From the IMG/VR virus record IMGVR_UViG_3300030328_002400, positions 35,648 to 99,647 of that record: a DNA stretch of 64,000 nucleotides; one strand, written 5' to 3'. The notes beneath the pieces are model-generated. The model saw nothing but the letters and a program-made list of their open reading frames with translations. It did no database searches and was not told the origin of the DNA. The DNA is from a virus. The translations under genes and the position numbers were made by a program. Every line of letters starts with the position of its first letter. Within the stretch, counting starts at the first letter, position 1. Positions 1-9,074 of this stretch are shown piece by piece.

Positions 1-361
1 TGTAGCCGTACCATCAGGTATAAGAACTTCTGCAGCAATAGGTTTTTATGATGGAGGTATTTATATTGGACCTTCTACTATATCGGCATCCCAACCAGAC
101 CTTACAGGAGTTTGGAGATTAGATGTAGAAACTCAAGAATGGACAAAACTAGATAATCCACCTTCTAATATGGGCTTCCCAACTAATGGACCTGGTGACT
201 TTGCTTCTACTCCTGAATGTAGAATTAGTGATGGACTGGTATTTGGTGGTACAACTACTACAACTACAACAGATCCTAATACAACAACCACTACAACCAC
301 TGCAGTTCCAGGAGTAAGAACAATATTTACTAAATTTAACCTTTTTAACCAATCAGTATAA
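1..361 (+). CDS. 3' end of a poly-Thr-linked fibre/decoration protein, truncated by the window start
   Basis: The frame is open from position 2 to TAA 359-361, so the ATG at 170 is internal. Thr runs flank the last segment, as in the neighbouring genes. Confidence 0.7.
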   Translation, partial: VAVPSGIRTSAAIGFYDGGIYIGPSTISASQPDLTGVWRLDVETQEWTKLDNPPSNMGFPTNGPGDFASTPECRISDGLVFGGTTTTTTTDPNTTTTTTTAVPGVRTIFTKFNLFNQSV

Positions 362-362
362 G

Positions 363-3300
363 ATGGAAGTAACACAAGCAGTACATGATAAGATTTTAGA
401 GCTACACAAACTGTATCCTAAAGCTACTGGTATTGGGCTAGGGAAGAAGATAGTTAATGGAGTGGACACTGGAGAGTTTGCTATTCAAATAGCAGTTCCA
501 GAAAAGAAACCAATTTCTCAAATACCAGCAGGTGAGTTAGTGAGTGCTGAAGTGGATGTAGATGGTTTAAAAATAAAAACTGATGTCGTAGAAATATCTT
601 ATAATATACGTATGACATGTGACGGTGATTGTGGTAATATAAATCCTAATCCACATAATGCAGCCAATAGAGCTACCCAAAGACCTTTAAAAAGTGGAAT
701 AGCTGTATCAAGTAGAAACAATGATTCAACTGTAGGAACTCTAGGAGGTTTTGTAATACACAGTGCAACTAGTGGTGTGGTGGGTTTAACAAACAATCAC
801 GTTTCAATTAATGATGCTTTCTTTACATCTGATAGAGACATTAATGGCTTTTTATTAAATGACGCATTTCCTGTAAATAGAGTTTATAATAATGTACAAG
901 GTCCTAGTACACCTACATCTAATAACTTCGGAGTAAGTTTAAGATATGTTCCTATACATTCTATTGCTTCAGGACAAGTAAATCAAGTGGATGCTGCTAT
1001 ATGTTCAGTAGCACAGGAAGATTTTTCATCAACTGCATCTTGGTTACAAGTAGGACTGGAATCTATAATGGGACCAGACGCTCCACCTTTTGCAAGCACT
1101 CAAGAGTTAGATAATATATTAGCTACAAATCCTCCTTTATATACAGCTGGTTACAGAACTGGTGCTAAAGGATTGGAACCTGAGTGTCCTCTAAGAGTAA
1201 GTTCTTCTCCTCAGCTAGTAAGTCCAATATGCTATCAAATGCAAAATCCTACACAAGCTGATTTAGATCTTCTATGTGTTGATAGTGATTATGCTGTACC
1301 ATGTACATTTACAAGATCTATACAGTTTGTAAAACCTACACAAGAAGATCCTAATTCTCAAACTCCAGGATGTTATAACCCTATATATAGTGGTGATTCC
1401 GGATCTATGTTATTAGCAGATTTTAACGGAGTAATTAAAATAGTAGGACTAGTTTATGCTGGTTCAGGTAATGCTACTGGTACTATATATGGTCTCGCAT
1501 GTAGAATAGATGATATAGTAGATCAATTAGGAATAGAACAATATGTAACCACTGGAGGAGTAGGATCATCATTAATGATAGACCCTGATAGTGTTGAATA
1601 CATAACTATTGATGGTGCAAGTGATGAGAAAATTATATATTGTGAGAATGAAGAATACTGGCAAGTAGGATTTACAGGTTCACTAGAAGCTAACTGTGGG
1701 GGTAATACCACTACAACAACAAGTAGTTCTACAAGTACTAGCACGTCCACTAGTACATCAACTAGTACCTCTACGAGCACTTCTACGAGCACTTCTAGTA
1801 CAACTACTAGTACAACTACCCCTGTACCTACAACTACAACTACAACAACTGTAGCACCATTAGTTGGATGTCTAGAGTTTGACTATACAACTCTTATAGT
1901 TAATGACACTTGGTATACATCACCTACAGTCCCAGCAACTAATCCCTCTCTATATGCTCGAGCTAATTTTAATACAGGACCAACTACAAACACAACAAGT
2001 TATACAAACTGGCTTGCAGTTCCAAATGTCAACTATGATGTAGTATTTAATATAGGAGGAGTAGAATATAATGCAGTGTATCAATATACTAATGTTGGAG
2101 TTGGAGCAGTTACTGTTCCTCATGGTAACTTTAGTACTAACGCTAATATATTTTCAGCTATGTCTGCATTCCAATTTTCAAATATAGATATAAATGGTCA
2201 AGACTTAACATCAGTGCTTTCTACCTTTGATTACACAACTGGAGATGGTTATAAAGTTACTGCATATGGAGATTGTACACCAACCACTACAACAACAACT
2301 ACTCCTGTGCCTACAACCACTACTACTACAAGTAGTTCTACATCTAGTACGTCCACTACAACAACTACTGCAGTTCCAACTGTTAAATTAAATTGGTATC
2401 TTGAGACTGATACTCCTGCGGATATAGATACTGTGAGTATGGAGATATCTAGAAATGGTGTATCTGAAGCCACCTCATCTATTACAACAGCAACAACCCC
2501 AACTACTGGATTCGTAGACTGTAATACAGGTGATACTATAGCTGTAACAATAACCAACACTAAGGCTGGTACAAATAATCTTAATAATAGAGGAATTCTT
2601 GATGGTGTTGTTCTATTAAACGACACATCACTAGAAACTGGATCAAAAGTTTCTACATTCTCCTTTACAAAAACAGGAGCTACAGAGGATTTAGAAATGA
2701 AGGGAAATGTTGAACCTACAACCACTACTACTTCTACTACTACATCTTTTGTAATGACTTGGGAGTTTGAAGGTGTAGAGCCTAGTACTACTAAGTCTTG
2801 GAGAGATACAACACTTGAAATATTTAATAACGGAGTTACAGTAGTAGGTCCTCTAACATTTGATTCAGGTACTCCTACAGGTAGTGGAACATTCACAGTG
2901 AGTCCAGGAGACAAGATAACTCAAAGTCTTACTACAGATAACAACCCTTCATCCTACCCACAATATGCAGAACATGAACAGTATAAAGGAAGTGTATCAG
3001 GAGGTGTAACTTTACTGGATACGGATTCAGGTTTTATAGCAGCTAATGGTTCTAAGACAGATACCTTAACTTTATTAACAATAGGTGCTACACCAACAGA
3101 TCCAAAGATAAAATATAAAGTTATTGTAACTGCTGCTTCAACATCGAGTATTACTGTAGATATGGAAGATATAGGAAGTACGGCTCAGTTTTTAAGTATT
3201 ACTGATACAACAGATTCTAATATAGGAAAGTTCTTTGAGAAGACATCTACTACAGCAAGTGATGGAACCTACACTACTGAGTTCTTCCAAGAAGGTCACG

Positions 3301-3509
3301 TATATGAATTAGAAATGTCTTATCAGAAATCAGCTCCTGGAGATGATGATACAATATTACAAACAGCAATAGGGGCAGGTGCTTCATTAGTTTCAGATAG
3401 TGATACGGGTGTAGCTCAAAGTATAATAGGACCTATTACTACTACATTTAGTCCAACTAATGTAACTGGTGGAACTATAACAATCGGATTTAGTCAAACA
3501 TCACCATAA
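363..3509 (+). CDS. Trypsin-like (S1, Nal1-like) serine protease fused to poly-Thr-linked beta-rich domains; putative virion surface protein
   Basis: Triad motifs in order: LTNNHV (His ~798), VDAA (Asp ~990), GDSGS (Ser ~1398), plus the GTLG and IVGLVYAG strands. The N-terminus GIGLGKK..G..T...IQIAVPEKKP..IP...TDVVE resembles Nal1-type prodomains. Three long S/T tracts separate the C-terminal modules. Confidence 0.8.
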   Translation: MEVTQAVHDKILELHKLYPKATGIGLGKKIVNGVDTGEFAIQIAVPEKKPISQIPAGELVSAEVDVDGLKIKTDVVEISYNIRMTCDGDCGNINPNPHNAANRATQRPLKSGIAVSSRNNDSTVGTLGGFVIHSATSGVVGLTNNHVSINDAFFTSDRDINGFLLNDAFPVNRVYNNVQGPSTPTSNNFGVSLRYVPIHSIASGQVNQVDAAICSVAQEDFSSTASWLQVGLESIMGPDAPPFASTQELDNILATNPPLYTAGYRTGAKGLEPECPLRVSSSPQLVSPICYQMQNPTQADLDLLCVDSDYAVPCTFTRSIQFVKPTQEDPNSQTPGCYNPIYSGDSGSMLLADFNGVIKIVGLVYAGSGNATGTIYGLACRIDDIVDQLGIEQYVTTGGVGSSLMIDPDSVEYITIDGASDEKIIYCENEEYWQVGFTGSLEANCGGNTTTTTSSSTSTSTSTSTSTSTSTSTSTSTSSTTTSTTTPVPTTTTTTTVAPLVGCLEFDYTTLIVNDTWYTSPTVPATNPSLYARANFNTGPTTNTTSYTNWLAVPNVNYDVVFNIGGVEYNAVYQYTNVGVGAVTVPHGNFSTNANIFSAMSAFQFSNIDINGQDLTSVLSTFDYTTGDGYKVTAYGDCTPTTTTTTTPVPTTTTTTSSSTSSTSTTTTTAVPTVKLNWYLETDTPADIDTVSMEISRNGVSEATSSITTATTPTTGFVDCNTGDTIAVTITNTKAGTNNLNNRGILDGVVLLNDTSLETGSKVSTFSFTKTGATEDLEMKGNVEPTTTTTSTTTSFVMTWEFEGVEPSTTKSWRDTTLEIFNNGVTVVGPLTFDSGTPTGSGTFTVSPGDKITQSLTTDNNPSSYPQYAEHEQYKGSVSGGVTLLDTDSGFIAANGSKTDTLTLLTIGATPTDPKIKYKVIVTAASTSSITVDMEDIGSTAQFLSITDTTDSNIGKFFEKTSTTASDGTYTTEFFQEGHVYELEMSYQKSAPGDDDTILQTAIGAGASLVSDSDTGVAQSIIGPITTTFSPTNVTGGTITIGFSQTSP

Positions 3510-3534
3510 GGTGAACAAATAAAATAATAAAATT

Positions 3535-4668
3535 ATGTCAACACAAAATTGCTCAAACTGTTATAACGGCTGTACTGAAATTACTTCAGACAAGTGCGTT
3601 AAATATACAGGTGTAGACGTTCCTATAATGGGAATACAAAATGGTGATTCTCTATCTTATGTAGAGCAAGCACTTATTACCTTTTTAGGTTCTGCACTTG
3701 ATGGCACAGGAATACATCCTGTTGTCCAACCGTCAGATATATGTCCTGTAGTACAGGCTCATCTAGATGATTGTCAACCTTTATCTTTAAATGATTATTT
3801 AACTGCTATAATAAGAACTATATGTGAGTTAAATGAAGAAATAGCTAATTCAGGAAATCAAAAATCAGCAACTGCCTATAATTTAGAATGTATAGGAGCA
3901 GTTACAGATGATACTAGTACAGTAGAGGTATTACAACAAACCATAGTAAAGTTATGTGAAGTTGAGCAATCACTGAATACTTTTATTACTGATGTTACTA
4001 CTAACTATGTACAAATTGTTGACATAAATACATACATAGAGAATTATCTAAATACTAATCCTCAACAACAATTGATAAGTAATAGGATGGTTCCATATTC
4101 TGCTCAACCATATTTTGGACCTTTAACTCCATTTGATTCAAATGGTGCAGGTATAGGTGACTGGGATAGAATTTTTCTATGTAATGGACAAAATGGAACA
4201 CCAGATCTAAGAGGAAGAGTTGTAGTTGCTTCAACTGATATGGTTGGAAGTTCTTTATCTAATGTAGTTGATCCTGCGGTTGCTGGTAATCCTGCATACG
4301 ATTTTGGAACAGTTCATGGATCTAATCAAGTTACTTTAACTACTGCTCAGATCCCTTCACATAATCATAACAATGTGGCTACTTCAATAATAACTCCTGC
4401 AGCTCACACACACCACTGTGTATCTTTAGGAAATCTTGATGAGACTAATCCTGTTGCAACTAACAACTTTGTTCAGGAAGGGAAATCAACAGGAGGTAAC
4501 TTAGGATATGCTCTGAGAGGAACATCAGTTTCAGCTACTGTAGGATTAACTGACAGTGTTAGTTTATCTTGTGCTACTGATGTAGATATTCAACCTTTTG
4601 GTGGAGGACTATCACACGATAACTACCAACCTAGTTATGCATCATACTATATAATTTACATACCTTAA
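3535..4668 (+). CDS. Tail fibre protein with Cys-rich shaft and tail-collar domain
   Basis: LCNGQNGTPDLRGRVVV collar motif, LTTAQIPSHNH / HTH metal-knot motifs, C-terminal HDNYQPSYASYYI. Confidence 0.8.
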   Translation: MSTQNCSNCYNGCTEITSDKCVKYTGVDVPIMGIQNGDSLSYVEQALITFLGSALDGTGIHPVVQPSDICPVVQAHLDDCQPLSLNDYLTAIIRTICELNEEIANSGNQKSATAYNLECIGAVTDDTSTVEVLQQTIVKLCEVEQSLNTFITDVTTNYVQIVDINTYIENYLNTNPQQQLISNRMVPYSAQPYFGPLTPFDSNGAGIGDWDRIFLCNGQNGTPDLRGRVVVASTDMVGSSLSNVVDPAVAGNPAYDFGTVHGSNQVTLTTAQIPSHNHNNVATSIITPAAHTHHCVSLGNLDETNPVATNNFVQEGKSTGGNLGYALRGTSVSATVGLTDSVSLSCATDVDIQPFGGGLSHDNYQPSYASYYIIYIP

Positions 4669-4679
4669 TACTAAAAACA

Positions 4680-4988
4680 ATGGCATACTTACCTACTAAT
4701 CCTTGTTGTACTGATGTAGTTGTGAACACTCCTTGTGGATGTTCCAGCACGGTAACTTGTGATCCATGTAAAACTGGAGTACATTTTTCTAAATCTATTA
4801 CATACAATGGACCGATATTACCTTGTTCTAACGTTCAGCCTTGCGATGATTTAAACGTTGCTTTATCTAAAATCGATGAACTTCTTTGTACATTGAAGAA
4901 TCAACAAGCAACAAACACACAAGAAATTGCATTAATGAAAGAGAACATTATAAATATAAATGAAACTTTAAATAACTGTTGCCCATAA
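4680..4988 (+). CDS. Small Cys-rich coiled-coil structural protein
   Basis: Cys-rich N-terminus; the ITYNGP..C..VQPCDDL..AL segment resembles VKYTGV....IQNGDSL in the upstream gene; heptad-like C-terminus. Confidence 0.6.
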   Translation: MAYLPTNPCCTDVVVNTPCGCSSTVTCDPCKTGVHFSKSITYNGPILPCSNVQPCDDLNVALSKIDELLCTLKNQQATNTQEIALMKENIININETLNNCCP

Positions 4989-4989
4989 T

Positions 4990-5238
4990 ATGGAAGCATT
5001 TATACAACTAACCACTGCAGGAAATAACACTGGACCCTTCAATCTATTCTCAGATGTAGATGGGTTCACTGCTGCTTTTGAAACTAGCATAAGTAAAGCT
5101 AGTTTATTGGCAGGATACACTAGTACTGTAGTTCCTGATTTTACTACTACAATCAAAGTAGCATCAGATTCACTATGTGAGAATAGTTTTGATATTATAT
5201 TACAACAACCAACAACAACAACAACCACAACAGTATAA
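4990..5238 (+). CDS. 'GPF-module' small virion protein with poly-Thr tail
   Basis: IQLTTAGNNTGPFNLFSDVDGF...LLAGY...VP...C; paralogous to the N-termini of 5241, 6390, 6625 and 18084. Confidence 0.65.
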   Translation: MEAFIQLTTAGNNTGPFNLFSDVDGFTAAFETSISKASLLAGYTSTVVPDFTTTIKVASDSLCENSFDIILQQPTTTTTTTV

Positions 5239-5240
5239 TT

Positions 5241-6377
5241 ATGGCTTTAATAGAAATAACATTAACAGTAGACGGACAAGCAGGACCATTTGATTTATTT
5301 TCAAATGTAGATAACTTTGTACAGGCTTTTGCTACACAAGTTCCTGCTGCAAGTTTAATTGCTGGATACATAGTAACAGCTCCTCCAGGAACTTCCACTG
5401 TTAAAGTTTGTTCTACAGGCGTATGTACTAATTGTATAGAGATCCCTACTAATTGTCCTACAACAACTACTACAACTAGTTCTAGTACATCAACTACTAC
5501 AAGTACTTCAACATCCACTTCAACTACTACAACAGAACAACCCCCTAATAAACTTAACTGGGAGCTGATAACGAACACTCCAGGTTCTCTACTTGCAGCA
5601 GATCCACAAAGTAGTAACTTAAAAATAGATGTTAATGGAGTTAATGTAGTAGATGCAACTATTACAGGTAATGCTTCTACACAAAGTGGAACTATACAAA
5701 TCTTACCAGGAGATGTAGTTTCTGCTACGATAGATAGTGATAGAACAGGTATATACAACTTTATTAATACTATTCAAAAAGATGGTTTATTATATCAGGC
5801 ACAAGATGTATGTAATTTGTGTAGTAATACTTTTGTAACTCTTATGAGTCCGGATTATACTGGAGCAGGAGTTGATGTAGACTTTAGTTTTGTTGCTGAT
5901 ACATATAAAGAAATTACAACAACAACAACTACAAGTTCTAGTTCTAGTACAAGTACTACAACAACCAGTACTTCTTCTTCAACAACTACAACTACTACAA
6001 CATGTGATTGTTCATTAAACGGTGCAAGTGCTGTTATATCAGGGACTACAACTACTAAACAACCACCACCAACTACTACTACTACTACTTTAAATAACTT
6101 ATGGCCAGCATTGAGATCCTTACAATCTACACCTAGCAGTGCTGCTGGTGCAGCTTGTGACTATGATTTAATTAGTTTTGTATGGAAAGATGGACTCGGA
6201 CCTCTGCCTGATGTAGGAGATATGTTATATAATAACTCACAAGGTACTGCTGCATTTAACGGACAAAACGAGTATTGGCACTATGAGCCTTCAATAGCAG
6301 GTCCAACAACTAGTAGTTATAACATCAAAGTATCAAATCTAGGTGAAATACTTTCTAAATTCCCTTGTACGGCTTAA
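5241..6377 (+). CDS. 'GPF-module' protein with poly-Thr linkers and two further beta-rich domains
   Basis: N-terminal AGPFDLFSNVDNF module; S/T tracts; the KLNWEL domain start matches KLNWYL in the protease protein. Confidence 0.65.
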   Translation: MALIEITLTVDGQAGPFDLFSNVDNFVQAFATQVPAASLIAGYIVTAPPGTSTVKVCSTGVCTNCIEIPTNCPTTTTTTSSSTSTTTSTSTSTSTTTTEQPPNKLNWELITNTPGSLLAADPQSSNLKIDVNGVNVVDATITGNASTQSGTIQILPGDVVSATIDSDRTGIYNFINTIQKDGLLYQAQDVCNLCSNTFVTLMSPDYTGAGVDVDFSFVADTYKEITTTTTTSSSSSTSTTTTSTSSSTTTTTTTCDCSLNGASAVISGTTTTKQPPPTTTTTTLNNLWPALRSLQSTPSSAAGAACDYDLISFVWKDGLGPLPDVGDMLYNNSQGTAAFNGQNEYWHYEPSIAGPTTSSYNIKVSNLGEILSKFPCTA

Positions 6378-6389
6378 AATAAATTAGAT

Positions 6390-6623
6390 ATGGTTTTAAC
6401 AAATATAAAATTAACATCAGCAGGAGCATGTTCAGGTCCCTGTGATCTTTACTCGGATGCAGATAATTATACTGTTCCTTTTGACACTGGTATATCTATC
6501 ACTGTATTAACAGGTACACTTGGGTATAGTACATTTAATGTACCGGCTGGAAGTACAATCGTTAGAATACAAAATAATAATGCGGACTGTAGTAATTTTG
6601 TAGATACCCCTATAACCACATAA
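6390..6623 (+). CDS. Stand-alone 'GPF-module' protein (GPC variant)
   Basis: IKLTSAGACSGPCDLYSDADNY...LGY..VPAGSTIVRI...C. Confidence 0.6.
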   Translation: MVLTNIKLTSAGACSGPCDLYSDADNYTVPFDTGISITVLTGTLGYSTFNVPAGSTIVRIQNNNADCSNFVDTPITT

Positions 6624-6624
6624 G

Positions 6625-7293
6625 ATGGCAATATTAATACAGGCTAATAGTATAGGAAGTGATGCAGGACCTTTTGACTTGTTTTCTCAGGTCAATGGTT
6701 TTACTGAAGCATTTGAAACGAATATAACAGCAGTACAATTGTTGGTAGGATTTGTATCATATAATGCTCCGGTGGGTACCTCTATTGTTAGAATAGTCTC
6801 CACTAATCCAGACTGTGCAGGAACATATGAAGATATTGATATATCAACTAAACCTAATTGTCCAGCACAAACAATAGTAATTAGTATATGTAATAACTCT
6901 GCCACTATACAAGACAACTTTGATATAGTATTAAATGGAGTGACTATAGGATCAGTAGATCTAAGTGCAGCATCTCAAGATGGATCAGTAATGGTGGCTA
7001 GTAATGTTCCTCAAATTATAACCCAACCTAACTTTGCATGTCCCCTAGGTAATATGACTTTATCCTTTTTTGATCCCTCTCTTATTAGTTATAGAAATAC
7101 CATAGAGATGGTAAATACTCAGAACAATGGAAACGGTAATATAGGAGTACTTGATATAAGTAACTACAATGTAGTAGGAAATCAATTAGAAACTCCTTGT
7201 GAAGTAGCAGAATTTACTTTTAGCGGAGCTTCAGGAGATGATTTTGAATTTACATGGTATCATCAATACTGTTGTGATGATGGACCGTTTTAA
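6625..7293 (+). CDS. 'GPF-module' protein with C-terminal beta-rich domain
   Basis: IGSDAGPFDLFSQVNGF...VGF...APVGTSIVRIVS..C. Confidence 0.6.
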   Translation: MAILIQANSIGSDAGPFDLFSQVNGFTEAFETNITAVQLLVGFVSYNAPVGTSIVRIVSTNPDCAGTYEDIDISTKPNCPAQTIVISICNNSATIQDNFDIVLNGVTIGSVDLSAASQDGSVMVASNVPQIITQPNFACPLGNMTLSFFDPSLISYRNTIEMVNTQNNGNGNIGVLDISNYNVVGNQLETPCEVAEFTFSGASGDDFEFTWYHQYCCDDGPF

Positions 7294-7310
7294 TTCTTAG
7301 AAAATATAAA

Positions 7311-7373
7311 AAGTTCTCTTTTGTTGGTTTTAGAGAACTTCTCCTAGGGGCTATAATGCCCTTGGGAGTTTTT
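7311..7373 (+). terminator. Two abutting hairpins, the second a rho-independent terminator
   Basis: AAGTTCTCT/AGAGAACTT stem (7311-7340), then CTCCTAGGGGC-TATAAT-GCCCTTGGGAG (7341-7368) followed by TTTTT; closes the fibre operon. Confidence 0.75.
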
Positions 7374-7445
7374 ATTTATAACCAAACTAATTATAAAGAA
7401 TAACCCTGATGGTTAATTTTTTTATGTAAAATGAAATAATTTATC

Positions 7446-7453
7446 TATCTTTG
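7446..7453 (+). promoter_or_regulatory. Bacteroidota sigmaA-type -7 element
   Basis: TATCTTTG matches TAnnTTTG; intergenic, 28 nt before ATG 7482. Confidence 0.55.
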
Positions 7454-7481
7454 AGATATTTTCTAATTAAATACGATATAT

Positions 7482-8726
7482 ATGTCTGAGAATCAGAGTC
7501 TTCTTGATCAGCTGAAAGAGCTGTTGAGAAGAAAAAGAAGTAAACAGTGGTATGCTGATAAATTAAATATCACAGTTGAAGAAGTAAATGAATTAATAAA
7601 AGAACTAAAGGGTAAGAAATATGAGGAAGGAGATAAGTTCTTAGATAGTGCAACCAACAGTAAACAATTTGAAGAAGCAGTAAGAAAGGTTAGCAATGAA
7701 CAAGGGACAATAGAAAGCACAATAACTCTAGACTTTGAACCAAAAAGTGATATAGAGTTAGCTAAATTACACAAGATAGACCTAGAAAGGTATGTTATTA
7801 CAAACTATTGGTCTAAAGTTCTTCCCAGTGGGAAGTTCACATCTTCAGTCTTTTCTAGAAGAAAAGGTGCGAAAGATTATACAGCTGAAGATTTCAGCAA
7901 GTTCTTAAAGAACTATAAATCAAACTACATTCCAATCCCTTCCCCTAAACGCAATGAGTCTAAACTAAAAGCAGATATAGAGTTATCTATTTCTGATTAC
8001 CATTTAGCTAAGAGACATGTGGATGGGGATAATGATCCGGAGGTTAGAGTTATGAGATTCTTTGATGTTGCAGAGAACCTCACAGAGAAGGTTAGATCAG
8101 TTTATGATATAAATAAAGTGGTGTTTCCTATATCTAATGATTTCTTTCATACAGATAATTATCAGAAGTCTACTACTAATGGCACTCCTCAAGATATAAT
8201 GATGGATTATGCTACAGAGTATGAACAAGGATTTAATGTTCTTGTAGATACTATAAAGATGTTAAAGGCTAATAGTGAACATGTAGAAGTAATACTTGTA
8301 CAAGGTAATCACGATCGAACTAAATCTTATTATTTGGCTCATGCTTTGGATATATATTTTAAAGCTGATGACAATATAACTTTTGTAAGAGAAGAAGGTC
8401 TTATAAAGGCTACGGTAGTTGGTAATACATTTATTGGTTTTCATCATGGAAACTGTAAACTTGATGCTCTCCCTCTGTTATTTGCAACACATCCAACATA
8501 TAGTAAATGGTTTGGAGATGCTACATATAGAGAAGTACATACAGGTGATAAACATCACTACATGGCTAAAGAGATAAAGGGAGTGAGAATACAACAAATG
8601 CCTAGTTTATCTGGAGCAGATAGATGGCATAAAGATAATAACTTCGTGCATAGTGTACGAGCTGCTTTAGCCTTAGTGTATGATAATAAGGTAGGAAAGG
8701 TAGCTGAATTTGAAGAAAGAATATAA
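7482..8726 (+). CDS. Calcineurin-like metallophosphoesterase with N-terminal HTH-like segment
   Basis: Motifs SDYHL, NDFFH, GNHD, FHHG, TGDKHH; N-terminal WYADKLNITVEEV helix-turn-helix-like segment. Confidence 0.8.
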   Translation: MSENQSLLDQLKELLRRKRSKQWYADKLNITVEEVNELIKELKGKKYEEGDKFLDSATNSKQFEEAVRKVSNEQGTIESTITLDFEPKSDIELAKLHKIDLERYVITNYWSKVLPSGKFTSSVFSRRKGAKDYTAEDFSKFLKNYKSNYIPIPSPKRNESKLKADIELSISDYHLAKRHVDGDNDPEVRVMRFFDVAENLTEKVRSVYDINKVVFPISNDFFHTDNYQKSTTNGTPQDIMMDYATEYEQGFNVLVDTIKMLKANSEHVEVILVQGNHDRTKSYYLAHALDIYFKADDNITFVREEGLIKATVVGNTFIGFHHGNCKLDALPLLFATHPTYSKWFGDATYREVHTGDKHHYMAKEIKGVRIQQMPSLSGADRWHKDNNFVHSVRAALALVYDNKVGKVAEFEERI

Positions 8727-8728
8727 TT

Positions 8729-8869
8729 ATGGCAACAAAATATGGAAAACCTACACCAGGTAAAAATGTAAAAGCTCCTAAGGTTCGTCCTTATAATATG
8801 AAAAAGAATTATATGAGAGAGGCTGACCAAGAGGGAGGAATAAAAGGATTCGGTAATTATAAAAAATAA
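8729..8869 (+). CDS. 46-aa basic protein (absent from the ORF track)
   Basis: MATKYGKPTPGKNVKAPKVRPYNMKKNYMREADQEGGIKGFGNYKK; fills the gap between flanking genes exactly. Confidence 0.55.
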   Translation: MATKYGKPTPGKNVKAPKVRPYNMKKNYMREADQEGGIKGFGNYKK

Positions 8870-8870
8870 T

Positions 8871-9074
8871 ATGGCACCAAAATTAAAACCAAGCACAAAA
8901 GAATACTTAAGAGATTCAAGAGGTAGGATGTTACAGAAGTGGGAATGGAAACATTACACAGTTGCAAGTACTTCTACTGCTGAACTCGAAAAACTATTAG
9001 TTAGTCCTTCTATGACAAGAAAAAAGAATGTTATTCAGAGGGAGCTTGTAAAACGAAAATTATGGCAACATTAA
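8871..9074 (+). CDS. Small basic hypothetical protein
   Basis: Tightly packed ORF, K/R-rich. Confidence 0.55.
   Translation: MAPKLKPSTKEYLRDSRGRMLQKWEWKHYTVASTSTAELEKLLVSPSMTRKKNVIQRELVKRKLWQH

Noticed and set aside
133-6917. Val-rich minus-strand ORFs (133-375, 1523-1792, 2249-2914, 4968-5228, 5195-5758 and others)
   Set aside because: Antisense shadows of poly-Thr codons (ACN read as GTN/NGT) lying over coherent + strand genes
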